From positions 128,001-192,000 of the forward strand of contig CAVPCT010000001.1 in the NCBI GenBank assembly GCA_963702475.1: a stretch of 64,000 bases of DNA. Reading direction: 5' to 3'. The position numbers and the translations under genes are program-made. This document shows, one piece after another, positions 18,166-27,479 of this stretch; position 1 is the first letter of the stretch, and every line of letters begins with the position of its first letter. The notes below the pieces were generated by a model. The model saw only the letters and a program-made list of their open reading frames with translations, ran no database searches and was not told where the DNA came from. The DNA comes from an uncultured Thermoleophilia bacterium (GTDB lineage: Bacteria > Actinomycetota > Thermoleophilia > UBA2241).

Positions 18166-21069
18166 TTGAGCGACACCTATGATCTCGTCCTCGCCGCTTA
18201 CCCGTCGCTGGACGCGGCCCAGAAGGACTTCGACGCGCTCGTCGCGCTCGTGAAGGACAAGAAGGCCCGGAGCGACGGCATGATCATGGTCCGCCGCGAC
18301 GACGCCGGCGAGGTGCACGTCACCGACACCGGCAACCACCTCGGCCGCAAGGGCGCCGGGTGGGGCGGCGGCGTGGGCGTGCTCGTCGGCCTGGCCGCGC
18401 CGCCCCTGCTGGGCGCCGTCGCCGTCGGCGCCGCGGCCGGCGGTATCGCCGGCAGGTTCGCCAAGCACAAGGCGGACAGCGGCCTCGAAGCCGGCATGGC
18501 CGACAAGCTCAAGCCCGGCACGGCCGCCATCATCGCGATGATCGACGCCGACGACCGCCTCCCCGCCGAGATGGCTCTCGCCGGCTCGCCGGCCAAGTCG
18601 GTCGCTCCCATGGACAAGAAGGGCGTGCGCGGGCTCAAGGACGCGCTCAACGAAGCCGCCGGCAAGTTCACGCCGGACCGCACCGTACTGCCCATCCCGG
18701 ACCGCACCTACGGCGGGGCCTGCGGTCACACGATCGCCGAGTCAGCTCCGGACTGGTCCTTCATCCCCGGCCCCTCCGCCCCCGAGGGCGCGCCCAATGT
18801 GCTCATCGTGCTCATCGACGACGCGGGCTTCGGCGGTCCCGACACGTTCGGCGGCGGCATCTCCACGCCCAACCTCAGCCGCGTCCAGGAGATGGGGGTC
18901 ACGTACAACAGCTTCCACGTGACCGCCGTGTGCTCCCCGACGCGCGCCGCCCTGCTCACGGGTCGTAACCACCACCGCGTCGGCATGGGCGGCATCGCCG
19001 AGTTCCCGGCGCCGTTCCCCGGGTACACGGGCACCAGGCCGCGCAGCTGCACGGCCTTGCCGCGCATCCTCAAGGAGAACGGCTACGTCACCGGCGGCTT
19101 CGGCAAGTGGCACATGACGCCTGGGCGCGAGATGGGCGCGGCGGGGACCTTCGACCACTGGCCGCTGGGCTGGGGCTTCGACCACTGGTGGGGCTTCCTT
19201 ACCGGCGCCGCCGGCCAGTACGACCCGATCATCACCCAGGACAACTCCACCCTGGGCGTGCCCGAGGGCGACGACGGCAAGCTCTACTATTTCCCCGATG
19301 ACATCACCGACAAGTCCGTCGAGTGGCTCCACGCCGTCCGCGCCCACGACCCCCACAAGCCGTGGTTCCTCTACTACTCCACCGGCTGCAGCCACGCTCC
19401 GCACCACGTCGACAAGGCCTGGGCGGACAAGTACAAGGGCAGGTTCGACGAGGGCTGGGACGTGTACCGCGAACAGACGCTCGAGCGCCAGAAGAAGCTC
19501 GGCATCGTGCCGGCCGACACCGAGCTCACCGAGCGTCCCGACCTCTTCCCCGCCTGGGACAGCCTGAGCGACGCGCAGAAGGAGCTGTACGCGCGCCAGA
19601 TGGAGGTCTTCGCAGGCTACTCAGAGAACGCGGACTGGAACGTCGGCCGCCTGCTCGACGCCGTCGATGAGCTCGGTGAGCTCGACAACACGCTCGTCAT
19701 CTACATCTGGGGCGACAACGGCGCCAGCATGGAAGGCACGCTCACCGGCTCGTTCAACGAGACGACCTTCTTCAACGGCGTCGTGCTCGAAGCCGACGAG
19801 CAGCTCGAGATCATCGACCGGTACGGCGGCGTCGAGGAGCTGGGCGGCTTCCACACGGCCCCGCACTTCGCTGCCGCGTGGGCGCACGCCAACAACACTC
19901 CCTTCCAGTGGGGCAAGCAGATGGCGAGTCATCTGGGCGGTGACGTGGATCCGATGGTCGTCGCCTGGCCGAGCCGCATCAAGCCCGACGCGGCCGTGCG
20001 CTCCCAGTTCACACACTGCATCGACATCGTCCCGACCGTCCTGGAGCTCGCCGGTATCCCCGAGCCGGCGAACGTGGACGGCATCGAGCAGGAACCGATG
20101 GACGGCACCAGCTTCGCCTACACGCTCGACGACGCCACGGCGGCGGAACAGCACACCGTCCAGTACTTCGAGATGTACGGCAGCCGCGCCATCTACAAGG
20201 ACGGCTGGTGGGCCTGCGCCAAGCTCGACAAGATCCCGTGGGACTTCTCGCCGGCGACGCTCCAGAAGTTCGGCCCGGGCGGGAGCTGGGATCCCGAGCA
20301 CGACCGGTGGGAGCTCTACTACCTGCCGGACGATTTCAGCCAGGCGCACGACCTCGCGGCCGCGCATCCGGAGAGGCTCATCGAGCTCAAGCAGCTCTTC
20401 TGGCAGGAGGCCGAGCGCAACCGCGTGCTGCCGCTGCTCGGCGGCTATGCGGTGTTCTTCGGCATGCTGCCTCCGATGCCGACGATGACCCGTCTCGACT
20501 TCGCCGGCGACGTCCAGAACATCCAGACGACGATGATCCCGCGCGTCATCGGCCGGTCGTACGCCATCGAGGCGGAGGTGACGGTGCCGGAGGGCGGCGC
20601 CGAGGGCGTGCTGTGCGCGTTCGCCGACTTCATCGGCGGCTTCGCGCTCTGGGTCGATGAGAAGGGGCTCTTGAACCACACGTACCAGTTCCTCGGTGTG
20701 GAGACCTACAAGCAGACCTCGACCGAGCCCATCCCGACCGGCGACGTGAAGCTGAAGATGCTGTTCGAGGCCGACGCGCCCACGCCGGGCACGGGCGGCA
20801 AGGCCACCCTGTGGGCCGGGGAGAAGCAGATCGGCGAGGGCCGCATCGACAAGACCATCTCGCTCATCTTCACCACGTACGCGGGCATGGACATGGGCCG
20901 CGACAACGGCGGCGTCGTGGACCTGGCCTACGAGGACAGGGCGCCCTACGCGTTCACGGGCACCCTCAGGAAGGTCACCTTCGACCTGCAGCCCCACCCG
21001 CACGCGGACGAGCTGGCGCTGCACGCCCACCACGCGGAGCAGGAGGTCGGGGCCGGCGCCGCGGGCTGA
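18166..21069 (+). CDS. Arylsulfatase (Cys-type formylglycine sulfatase) with N-terminal DUF1269-like domain
   Basis: TTG start after AAGGAGG; first ~160 aa DUF1269-like (GAGWGGGVGVLVGLAAPPLLGAVAVGAAAGG); PNVLIVLIDDAG, CSPTRAALLTGR, FGKWH, HAPHH, GDNG. Confidence 0.92.
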   Translation: MSDTYDLVLAAYPSLDAAQKDFDALVALVKDKKARSDGMIMVRRDDAGEVHVTDTGNHLGRKGAGWGGGVGVLVGLAAPPLLGAVAVGAAAGGIAGRFAKHKADSGLEAGMADKLKPGTAAIIAMIDADDRLPAEMALAGSPAKSVAPMDKKGVRGLKDALNEAAGKFTPDRTVLPIPDRTYGGACGHTIAESAPDWSFIPGPSAPEGAPNVLIVLIDDAGFGGPDTFGGGISTPNLSRVQEMGVTYNSFHVTAVCSPTRAALLTGRNHHRVGMGGIAEFPAPFPGYTGTRPRSCTALPRILKENGYVTGGFGKWHMTPGREMGAAGTFDHWPLGWGFDHWWGFLTGAAGQYDPIITQDNSTLGVPEGDDGKLYYFPDDITDKSVEWLHAVRAHDPHKPWFLYYSTGCSHAPHHVDKAWADKYKGRFDEGWDVYREQTLERQKKLGIVPADTELTERPDLFPAWDSLSDAQKELYARQMEVFAGYSENADWNVGRLLDAVDELGELDNTLVIYIWGDNGASMEGTLTGSFNETTFFNGVVLEADEQLEIIDRYGGVEELGGFHTAPHFAAAWAHANNTPFQWGKQMASHLGGDVDPMVVAWPSRIKPDAAVRSQFTHCIDIVPTVLELAGIPEPANVDGIEQEPMDGTSFAYTLDDATAAEQHTVQYFEMYGSRAIYKDGWWACAKLDKIPWDFSPATLQKFGPGGSWDPEHDRWELYYLPDDFSQAHDLAAAHPERLIELKQLFWQEAERNRVLPLLGGYAVFFGMLPPMPTMTRLDFAGDVQNIQTTMIPRVIGRSYAIEAEVTVPEGGAEGVLCAFADFIGGFALWVDEKGLLNHTYQFLGVETYKQTSTEPIPTGDVKLKMLFEADAPTPGTGGKATLWAGEKQIGEGRIDKTISLIFTTYAGMDMGRDNGGVVDLAYEDRAPYAFTGTLRKVTFDLQPHPHADELALHAHHAEQEVGAGAAG

Positions 21070-21105
21070 GCCGGACGGCGGGCGCGGCGGCAACGAGCTT
21101 GAGGA

Positions 21106-21140
21106 GGCGGGGGAGGGGCGAAGCCGGCCCCTCCCCCGCC
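21106..21140 (+). terminator. Hairpin after sulfatase
   Basis: 14-bp stem GGCGGGGGAGGGGC / GCCCCTCCCCCGCC. Confidence 0.55.
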
Positions 21141-21341
21141 GCACAGTGCGGCCGCGCCGGCGGCGGGAAGGGAGCGAGGACAGGGCGGTGCGACGGGGGC
21201 GATCTTGGCCGCGCCAACGCCGGTCGCCCGAGACAACACGCGCGCCGCGCCGTAGGCTGTGCCCGGAGCGGCAGCGCGCCGTTCCTGACGCCCCGCTGTG
21301 ACGCGCGGCCCGGCGGCCGTGCCCGGATGAGAGGTGAGGTC

Positions 21342-22796
21342 GTGGACGAGAGGTCCGTACAGCTCAGGAAGATCGTGCACCTCAGCGTCGACGAGCGTCG
21401 TGCGCTCGGCAAGAAGTGCAGGAGGGAGACGCCGCCGGCGAGTCACGCAGGCTGGCAGCCGGCAGTGGGCCGTCCCGACCCGGTCGTGCTCCTGGAGGCG
21501 CAGGAGGCGACGCGCGAGCCCGACCTCGTGCCCGTCCGGCACGGGCGCATGATGGTGTCGCCGTTCACCTTCTACCGCGGCGCGGCGCGCATCATGGCCG
21601 ACGACCTCAAGGACACGCCGAGGACCGGCCTGAATGTCCAGCTCTGCGGCGACGCGCACCTCTCCAACTTCGGCGGCTTCGCCTCGCCGGAGCGCACCCT
21701 GGTCTTCGACCTCAACGACTTCGACGAGACGCTGCCGGGCCCGTTCGAGTACGACGTCAAGCGCCTGGCGGCCAGCTTCACGATCGCCGCCCGCAACAAC
21801 GGGTTCCGCAAGGCCGACGTGAAGGCCGTGACCCTCGCCTCGGTCAGGGCGTACCGGGAGGCCATGGCCGAGTTCGCGCAGATGGGCGTCATGGAGGTGT
21901 GGTACTCGCACGTCTCTGAGGACGACCTCGTCTCAGGCCTGCGTAAGATAGAGCGCGCCCAGAACAAGACGGCGAGCGAGAAGGCCGACGTCGGGCGCAG
22001 GATCGACAGGCTCGCCACGCTCATCGCCAAGGCCCACACCCGCGACAGCCTCCAGGCGCTCTCGAAGCTGGGTGAACTGGTCGACGGCAGGTACCGCATC
22101 GTGAGCCAGCCGCCGGTGGTGGTCCCCCTTCGAGAGTTCGATGCCATCTACGGCTTCTCCCACGAGGAGATCGAGCGCGTCGTCCACCGGCAGTTCAGGG
22201 ACTACCGGAGCACCTTGCAGCCGGATCGCCGTCACCTGCTCGAGCAGTTCCAGGTGGTCGACGTGGCGCGCAAGGTGGTGGGCGTCGGCAGCGTCGGTAC
22301 CCGCGCCTTCATCGTGCTGCTGCAGGGTCGCGACGAGAGCGACCCGCTCTTCCTGCAGGTCAAGGAGGCCACCGCCTCCGTGCTCGAGGAGCACCTGCCC
22401 CGGAGCCGCTACGCGCAGCACGGTGAGCGCGTGGTGCAGGGCCAGCGGCTCATGCAGGCGGCCAGCGATATCTACCTTGGCTGGACCAAGGGCGCGCAGG
22501 CGGGCCGCTACTTCTACTGGCGGCAGCTGCGCGACATGAAGGTCTCCGTCGAGGTCGAGAACATGATCCCGATGGGCATGGAGTACTACGCCGGCGTCTG
22601 CGGCTGGTCGCTTGCCCGGGCACACGCTCGTTCCGGAGACCCCATCGCCATCAGCGCGAGTCTCGGGAAGAGCGATACGTTCGACAAGGCGATCGTCGAC
22701 TTCTCCAAGCGGTACGCCGACCAGAACGAGCAGGATTACGAGGCGTTCCGCCAGGCAGTCGAGAGCGGGCGCCTGGAGGCGGTGGAGGGGGTCTGA
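21342..22796 (+). CDS. DUF2252 family protein (kinase-like fold)
   Basis: LVPVRHGRMMVSPFTFYRGAA, CGDAHLSNFG, FDLNDFDE, KVVGVGSVGTR, LQVKEA, RQLRDMK, LARAHARSGD. Confidence 0.9.
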   Translation: MDERSVQLRKIVHLSVDERRALGKKCRRETPPASHAGWQPAVGRPDPVVLLEAQEATREPDLVPVRHGRMMVSPFTFYRGAARIMADDLKDTPRTGLNVQLCGDAHLSNFGGFASPERTLVFDLNDFDETLPGPFEYDVKRLAASFTIAARNNGFRKADVKAVTLASVRAYREAMAEFAQMGVMEVWYSHVSEDDLVSGLRKIERAQNKTASEKADVGRRIDRLATLIAKAHTRDSLQALSKLGELVDGRYRIVSQPPVVVPLREFDAIYGFSHEEIERVVHRQFRDYRSTLQPDRRHLLEQFQVVDVARKVVGVGSVGTRAFIVLLQGRDESDPLFLQVKEATASVLEEHLPRSRYAQHGERVVQGQRLMQAASDIYLGWTKGAQAGRYFYWRQLRDMKVSVEVENMIPMGMEYYAGVCGWSLARAHARSGDPIAISASLGKSDTFDKAIVDFSKRYADQNEQDYEAFRQAVESGRLEAVEGV

Positions 22797-22850
22797 AGAG
22801 AGGGGGCGCCACGCGGCGCCTCCTCGTCGTCCTGCGCGGTCCCGCCCGCG

Positions 22851-24584
22851 CTAGTCTTCGTCCGCTGCCGCCCCGCGCAGCCACCTCCACGTGAGGCGCA
22901 GCACGATGAGGAAGGCGATGATCAGCGCCAGGATGAGCATGAGCGGGATCAGCCGCGAGAGCATGTCCCAGATGGAGCCTTCGGGGCCGGCGGCGGCGAT
23001 GCCGTAGGAGCCCACGGCCGAGCCGATGATGATGCCGACGAGCATGATGGCGATGACGATCTCGCGCCCGAGGCGGGTCAGCCGGCTGACCTCCTTGGAC
23101 AGCTGCGACGTGTCCACGGTGATCTCGAAGCGGCCCTTCTGGTACTGGTCGAGCCACTTCATGGTCGCCTCGCTGAGCGTCGGGATGCGCTCGATGACCT
23201 GGCCGCCGATGCCGATGAGCTGCTTCTTGGCCTCGGCGACGATCCTCTCGCCGGTGACCATGTCGAGCGCCATGTCGCGCAGCATGGGCACGCCCTCCTG
23301 AAGGAGTCCGCTGCTGGTGGACAGCGCTCGCGCGACGCTCTCCGTCTGCACGAGCGCCTTGACCGCGAGGGTGAGGTCGGCGTCCAGCCGCAAGCCGTGG
23401 ACGCGCAGCAGCTCGAACCCCTCGTTGGCGATCTGCCCGAACGACACCTTGCGCCCGTGACCCATGTACCGGCCGACGCGGCGCGCGAAGTCGCGCTGGA
23501 AGGCGCGGCTGTCCACCTCGCCGCGGAACGGCACGCTCATGCCCTCCATGGCCGAGGCCATGCCCTCAACGCTGCCCTCCTGGGCGACGACCATGAGCTG
23601 GGCGAGCCGCAGTCGCTTCTGCAGGTCGAGCTCTCCCATCATGCCCAGGTCGATGAACGTCATCCTGCCGGTGTCGAGGTCGATGAGCAGGTTCCCGGGG
23701 TGTGGGTCGGCGTGAAAGAACCCGTCGAGGATCAGTTGCTTGATGAGGGCGCGCAGGGCGTTGCGGGCGATCTCCTCCTTGTCCAGGCCGGCTTGCTCGA
23801 TGGCCCGCACGTCGCTGACCTTGACGCCCTTGATGAACTCCTGGGTGATGATCTTCGACGTGGAGAGGTCGGTGTAGATGGTGGGGACGTGGATGCCGGG
23901 CAGCCCGGCCATGTTCTCGGTGAGCTTCAGGGCGTTGTACGTCTCCCCACGGTAGTCGAGCTCCTCGAGCACGCCGGCCGAGAACTGGTCGATCATGCCG
24001 TAGATGTCGAGCGACCGCGCCGTCTCGGAGCGCTTCGAGGTGACCCTGGCGGCGTTGAGCATGATGCCGAGGTCGGCGCGGACCATGGTGGTGATGTTGG
24101 GACGCTGGACCTTGACGGCCACTGCGGTGCCGTCGAGCAGGGTGGCGCGGTGGACCTGAGCCGTGGAGGCGGCTGCGAAGGCGTAGGGCTCGAAAGAGGC
24201 GTAGAGCTCCTCCGGGGGCGCCCCCAGCTCCTCGACGATGGTCTCGCGGACCTGGTCGGGCGGGAAGGGCGGCACGTCGCTCTGCAGCTTCGTCAGCTCC
24301 GTGGCCCAATCCGCCGGCAGCATGGACGCCTGGCTGGAGACGATCTGCCCGATCTTGACGTAGGTGGGGCCGAGCTCCTCCAGCATCAGGCGGATCTTGA
24401 CCGCGGCGGGCGGCTCCTCCCATTCTCGGGGGAGCCGCCAGACCCAGGTCTGCATCTTGTGGCGGAAGCCGCCGACCCAGGCGTTGTGATCGAGCACGGC
24501 GTCCAGCCCGTAGCGCATGAGCGTCTTGTAGACGAGCTGCAGGCGGATGTCCTCGCGGACCTTGTCCAGGGACGAGCGCCTCAC
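22851..24584 (-). CDS. ABC1/UbiB/AarF family atypical kinase with C-terminal TM helices
   Basis: LEELGPTYVKIGQ, AAASTAQVH, VAVKVQRP, GFFHADPHPGN, IDLGMMG. Confidence 0.92.
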   Translation of the reverse strand: MRRSSLDKVREDIRLQLVYKTLMRYGLDAVLDHNAWVGGFRHKMQTWVWRLPREWEEPPAAVKIRLMLEELGPTYVKIGQIVSSQASMLPADWATELTKLQSDVPPFPPDQVRETIVEELGAPPEELYASFEPYAFAAASTAQVHRATLLDGTAVAVKVQRPNITTMVRADLGIMLNAARVTSKRSETARSLDIYGMIDQFSAGVLEELDYRGETYNALKLTENMAGLPGIHVPTIYTDLSTSKIITQEFIKGVKVSDVRAIEQAGLDKEEIARNALRALIKQLILDGFFHADPHPGNLLIDLDTGRMTFIDLGMMGELDLQKRLRLAQLMVVAQEGSVEGMASAMEGMSVPFRGEVDSRAFQRDFARRVGRYMGHGRKVSFGQIANEGFELLRVHGLRLDADLTLAVKALVQTESVARALSTSSGLLQEGVPMLRDMALDMVTGERIVAEAKKQLIGIGGQVIERIPTLSEATMKWLDQYQKGRFEITVDTSQLSKEVSRLTRLGREIVIAIMLVGIIIGSAVGSYGIAAAGPEGSIWDMLSRLIPLMLILALIIAFLIVLRLTWRWLRGAAADED

Positions 24585-25291
24585 CGTGGGGCCTCCTCGT
24601 CGACACCGGAGGAGTCCGCGGTGGGTGCGGCGGCCTCGGCGGGGGCTGTCTCTGCGGCGGCGTCGGCGCCGGCGGCGTCGGGAGCGGCGGACGCGACCGG
24701 CGCGTCACCCGTCCCGACGGTATCCAGGATGGCGGCGGCGACCTCGGTCTGACCGGGAAGCTCTGTCGCCGGCACGATGGGTGCTGTGGTGCCGTGCCTC
24801 GCGACCTTGAGGATGCCCGATTCCACGAGTCCGGGACCGGCCTCCGCGATCTCGTTCTCAACGTCCGGCGGCGCCGAGAGCATGATGGGCGGCGACAGTC
24901 CGAGCAGGTTCTCCAGCAGGGTGTAGACAATGCCGCTGACGATGCCGGCCACGATCGCCCAGAGGATGTGCTCCACGTGGAAGCGGTCGGGGAAGATGGC
25001 GCTGAGCAGCCAGAGCATCACCGTGTTGATCACCACGATGACGAGCCCGTAGGAGACGAAGATCAGCGGCAGCAGCAGCAACTGGAAGAGCGGCTTGATG
25101 AAGGCGTTGAGCAGACCGAACACGCCGCTGATGACGACGTAGGAGATGATGGGGTAGGCGCCGGCGAAGAACACATGGGGCACCAGCAGCACCGTGAGGG
25201 CCAGCGTGATGGCGCTGACGAGCCAGCGCATGAGGAACGGCCGCACGCGGAAGTGCAGCTGAAGATGCGACTTCGAGTCCCTGCGCGCCAC
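24581..25291 (-). CDS. 4-TM membrane protein of the YvlD/DUF360 (phage-holin-like) family with acidic tail
   Basis: GVFGLLNAFIKPLFQLLLLPLIFVSYGL..VINTVMLWL; GTG 25291 with GGAGGGAGG; stop overlaps the ABC1 start (GTGA). Confidence 0.8.
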   Translation of the reverse strand: MARRDSKSHLQLHFRVRPFLMRWLVSAITLALTVLLVPHVFFAGAYPIISYVVISGVFGLLNAFIKPLFQLLLLPLIFVSYGLVIVVINTVMLWLLSAIFPDRFHVEHILWAIVAGIVSGIVYTLLENLLGLSPPIMLSAPPDVENEIAEAGPGLVESGILKVARHGTTAPIVPATELPGQTEVAAAILDTVGTGDAPVASAAPDAAGADAAAETAPAEAAAPTADSSGVDEEAPR

Positions 25292-25508
25292 TCGGCCTCC
25301 CTCCGGCGGGGCCCACAAGGGGCGCCCGACGCCAATACTATCGGCAGCTGCCGTTTTGCTCCACAGGCATCGGGTCTTTCGCCACGGCCGCCTGTATGCC
25401 TCCGCTGCGCCCGGACGCGATGGGCCGGGCCGCCGGCGCTCCCCCCGGCGGCCGCGCGCGTGTATCGTTGCGGGACGATGGCCGAGCCCACCTCACCGGA
25501 CTGAACGC

Positions 25509-27356
25509 GTGGCCGTGCGTCCAGGGGGCGTCGAGACGTGGGTGCCCGGGGTCCGCGTGGTGCGCTCCTACAAGCGGCAGTGGTTGCGCGCGGACCTCGT
25601 GGCGGGCATCGTGCTCGCCGCCATCCTCGTCCCGCAGGGGATGGCGTACGCCGAGCTGGCCGGGCTGCCTGCGGTCACCGGCCTGTACACCACCGTCGCC
25701 TGCCTGGTCGCCTACGCCGTCTTCGGCCCCTCGCGCGTGCTCGTGCTCGGGCCGGACTCCTCGGTCTCCCCCCTCATCCTGACGGCCATCGCCCCGTTGG
25801 TTGCCGGCGGCGACCCGGCCACGGCCATCGTGCTGGCCGGGATGATGGCCATCTTCGTCGGCCTCATCGAGGTCGGGCTCGGGCTCGGCAAGCTCGGGTT
25901 CGTCGCCGACCTGCTGTCCAAAGAGGTCCAGGTCGGCTACATGAACGGCCTCGGCATCACCATCATCGTGGGTCAGCTGCCCAAGCTCTTCGGCTTCTCC
26001 ACCGACGCCGACGGCTTCATCCCCGAGGTGCAGGCCTTTGTCGACGGCCTGGACCAGACCAACGCGGCCACCCTGCTCACGGGCCTCGCCTGCCTGGCCG
26101 TGCTCTTCGGCCTTCCACGTCTGACGCGCAAGGTCCCCGCGGTGCTGGTCGCCGTCATCGGCGCCACCGTGGTGTCCGCCGTGCTGGACCTCTCGGCGGG
26201 CTACGCGGTCAAGACCGTCGGCGTCCTCCCGCAGGGGGTACCGGCGCCGAGCTTTCCGTGGACGAGCATCGCCGACGTCGGCCCGCTGCTCATCGCCGCC
26301 GTCGGCATCACGCTCGTCTCGCTCACCGACACCATCGCCAACTCGACGACCTTCGCGGCGCGGCGCGGCGACGAGGTGTACCCGAACCAGGAGATGATCG
26401 GCGTCGGCGTGTCCAACATCGCCGCCGGTTTCTTCCAGGGGTTCGCCGTGTCGACGAGCAGCTCGCGCACGGCGGTCGCGGAGCAGTCGGGCGCCAAGTC
26501 GCAGGTGACCGGCCTCATCGGCGCAGGCATCGTCGCGGCGCTGCTGCTGTTCTTCAACGGGCTGCTTGCGGACCTGCCGCAGGCCACGCTCGCCGCGGTC
26601 GTGATCGTCGCGGCGATCTCCCTGATGGATTGGGGCGTCCTCGTGCGCTACGCGCGCGTGCGCAAGAGCGCCCTGCTGATCGCCCTGGCCGCCACGCTCG
26701 GCGTGGTCCTTTTCGGGGTGTTGTGGGGCATCCTCGTGGCGGTGATCCTCGCCATCTTCGTGTTCTTCAAGCGCAACTGGTGGCCGCACGGCGCCGTTCT
26801 GGGCAAGTCGCAGGACGACCACACCTGGCACAGCGTCGAGGACTTCCCGGAGGCACACGAGGTGCCCGGCATCGTGGTCTTCCGCTGGGAGGCGCCGCTC
26901 TTCTTCGCCAATGCGGGGATGTTCCGCGACCGCGTCCGGGCTCTGGTCAGGGAGCGGCAGCCGTCCTGGGTCGTCCTCCAGTGCGAGGCCGTCACCGACA
27001 TCGACGTGACGGCGGCGGAGATGCTGGAGCAGCTGGACAAGGAGCTGAACCGCCAGGGCGTGCATCTGGCCTTCGCCGAGCTGCGCTCGCGCCTGCAGGA
27101 GCTCGTCCTGCAGTACGGGCTGCTGGAGACGCTGGACCGGGGCCACTTCTACCCCTCCCTCAAGGTCGCCGTACGGGCAGTGAGGGAGATGGGGCGGCTG
27201 CCGGCGGAGGCCGGTGGGGTGGAGAAGGAGGCCGGCCGGGCGGCGGCGCCGGAGGAGGCGCAGGCCGAGGAGGCGCAGGCGAGGGCGTCGGAGCCGGCGA
27301 GGACGGAGAGCCGGGGGCGGGACGACGAGGGGACGACAGGGGGGACGGCCGGCTGA
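25509..27356 (+). CDS. Second SulP/SLC26 anion transporter with STAS domain (start uncertain)
   Basis: DLVAGIVLAAILVPQGMAYAELAG, GPSRVLVLGPDS, STSSSRTA, STAS FRWEAPLFFANA..DIDVTA. Confidence 0.92.
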   Translation: MAVRPGGVETWVPGVRVVRSYKRQWLRADLVAGIVLAAILVPQGMAYAELAGLPAVTGLYTTVACLVAYAVFGPSRVLVLGPDSSVSPLILTAIAPLVAGGDPATAIVLAGMMAIFVGLIEVGLGLGKLGFVADLLSKEVQVGYMNGLGITIIVGQLPKLFGFSTDADGFIPEVQAFVDGLDQTNAATLLTGLACLAVLFGLPRLTRKVPAVLVAVIGATVVSAVLDLSAGYAVKTVGVLPQGVPAPSFPWTSIADVGPLLIAAVGITLVSLTDTIANSTTFAARRGDEVYPNQEMIGVGVSNIAAGFFQGFAVSTSSSRTAVAEQSGAKSQVTGLIGAGIVAALLLFFNGLLADLPQATLAAVVIVAAISLMDWGVLVRYARVRKSALLIALAATLGVVLFGVLWGILVAVILAIFVFFKRNWWPHGAVLGKSQDDHTWHSVEDFPEAHEVPGIVVFRWEAPLFFANAGMFRDRVRALVRERQPSWVVLQCEAVTDIDVTAAEMLEQLDKELNRQGVHLAFAELRSRLQELVLQYGLLETLDRGHFYPSLKVAVRAVREMGRLPAEAGGVEKEAGRAAAPEEAQAEEAQARASEPARTESRGRDDEGTTGGTAG

Positions 27357-27387
27357 CGGGTCCGCGCCGGCTGACGGGTCCGCGCCG
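27348..27387 (+). repeat. 18-bp tandem duplication spanning the SulP stop codon
   Basis: GCCGGCTGACGGGTCCGC x2 plus GCCG. Confidence 0.85.
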
Positions 27388-27420
27388 TCCGTCGAGGAAG
27401 GACAGGTGGTTTCGAAACGT

Positions 27421-27436
27421 GTTACCGAGTGGAAAC
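27421..27436. promoter_or_regulatory. Operator-like palindrome, copy 4 (GTTACCGAGTGGAAAC)
   Basis: 1 mismatch to the consensus arms; adjacent palindrome GTTTCGAAAC 27409-27418; 43 bp upstream of ATG 27480. Confidence 0.6.
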
Positions 27437-27479
27437 CTAGGGACAGTCCACTGCCCCAGCGTCAACGGAGGGAATCCGC

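Noticed and set aside
24581-25291. Holin-like gene as evidence of a prophage
   Set aside because: No endolysin, integrase, capsid or other phage genes; this family is commonly chromosomal.
25502-25504. TGA as selenocysteine or readthrough into SulP
   Set aside because: SulP is in a different frame, so readthrough would not join them.
27348-27387. Possible CRISPR or IS end
   Set aside because: Only two adjacent 18-bp copies with no spacers; no cas or transposase genes anywhere in the window.
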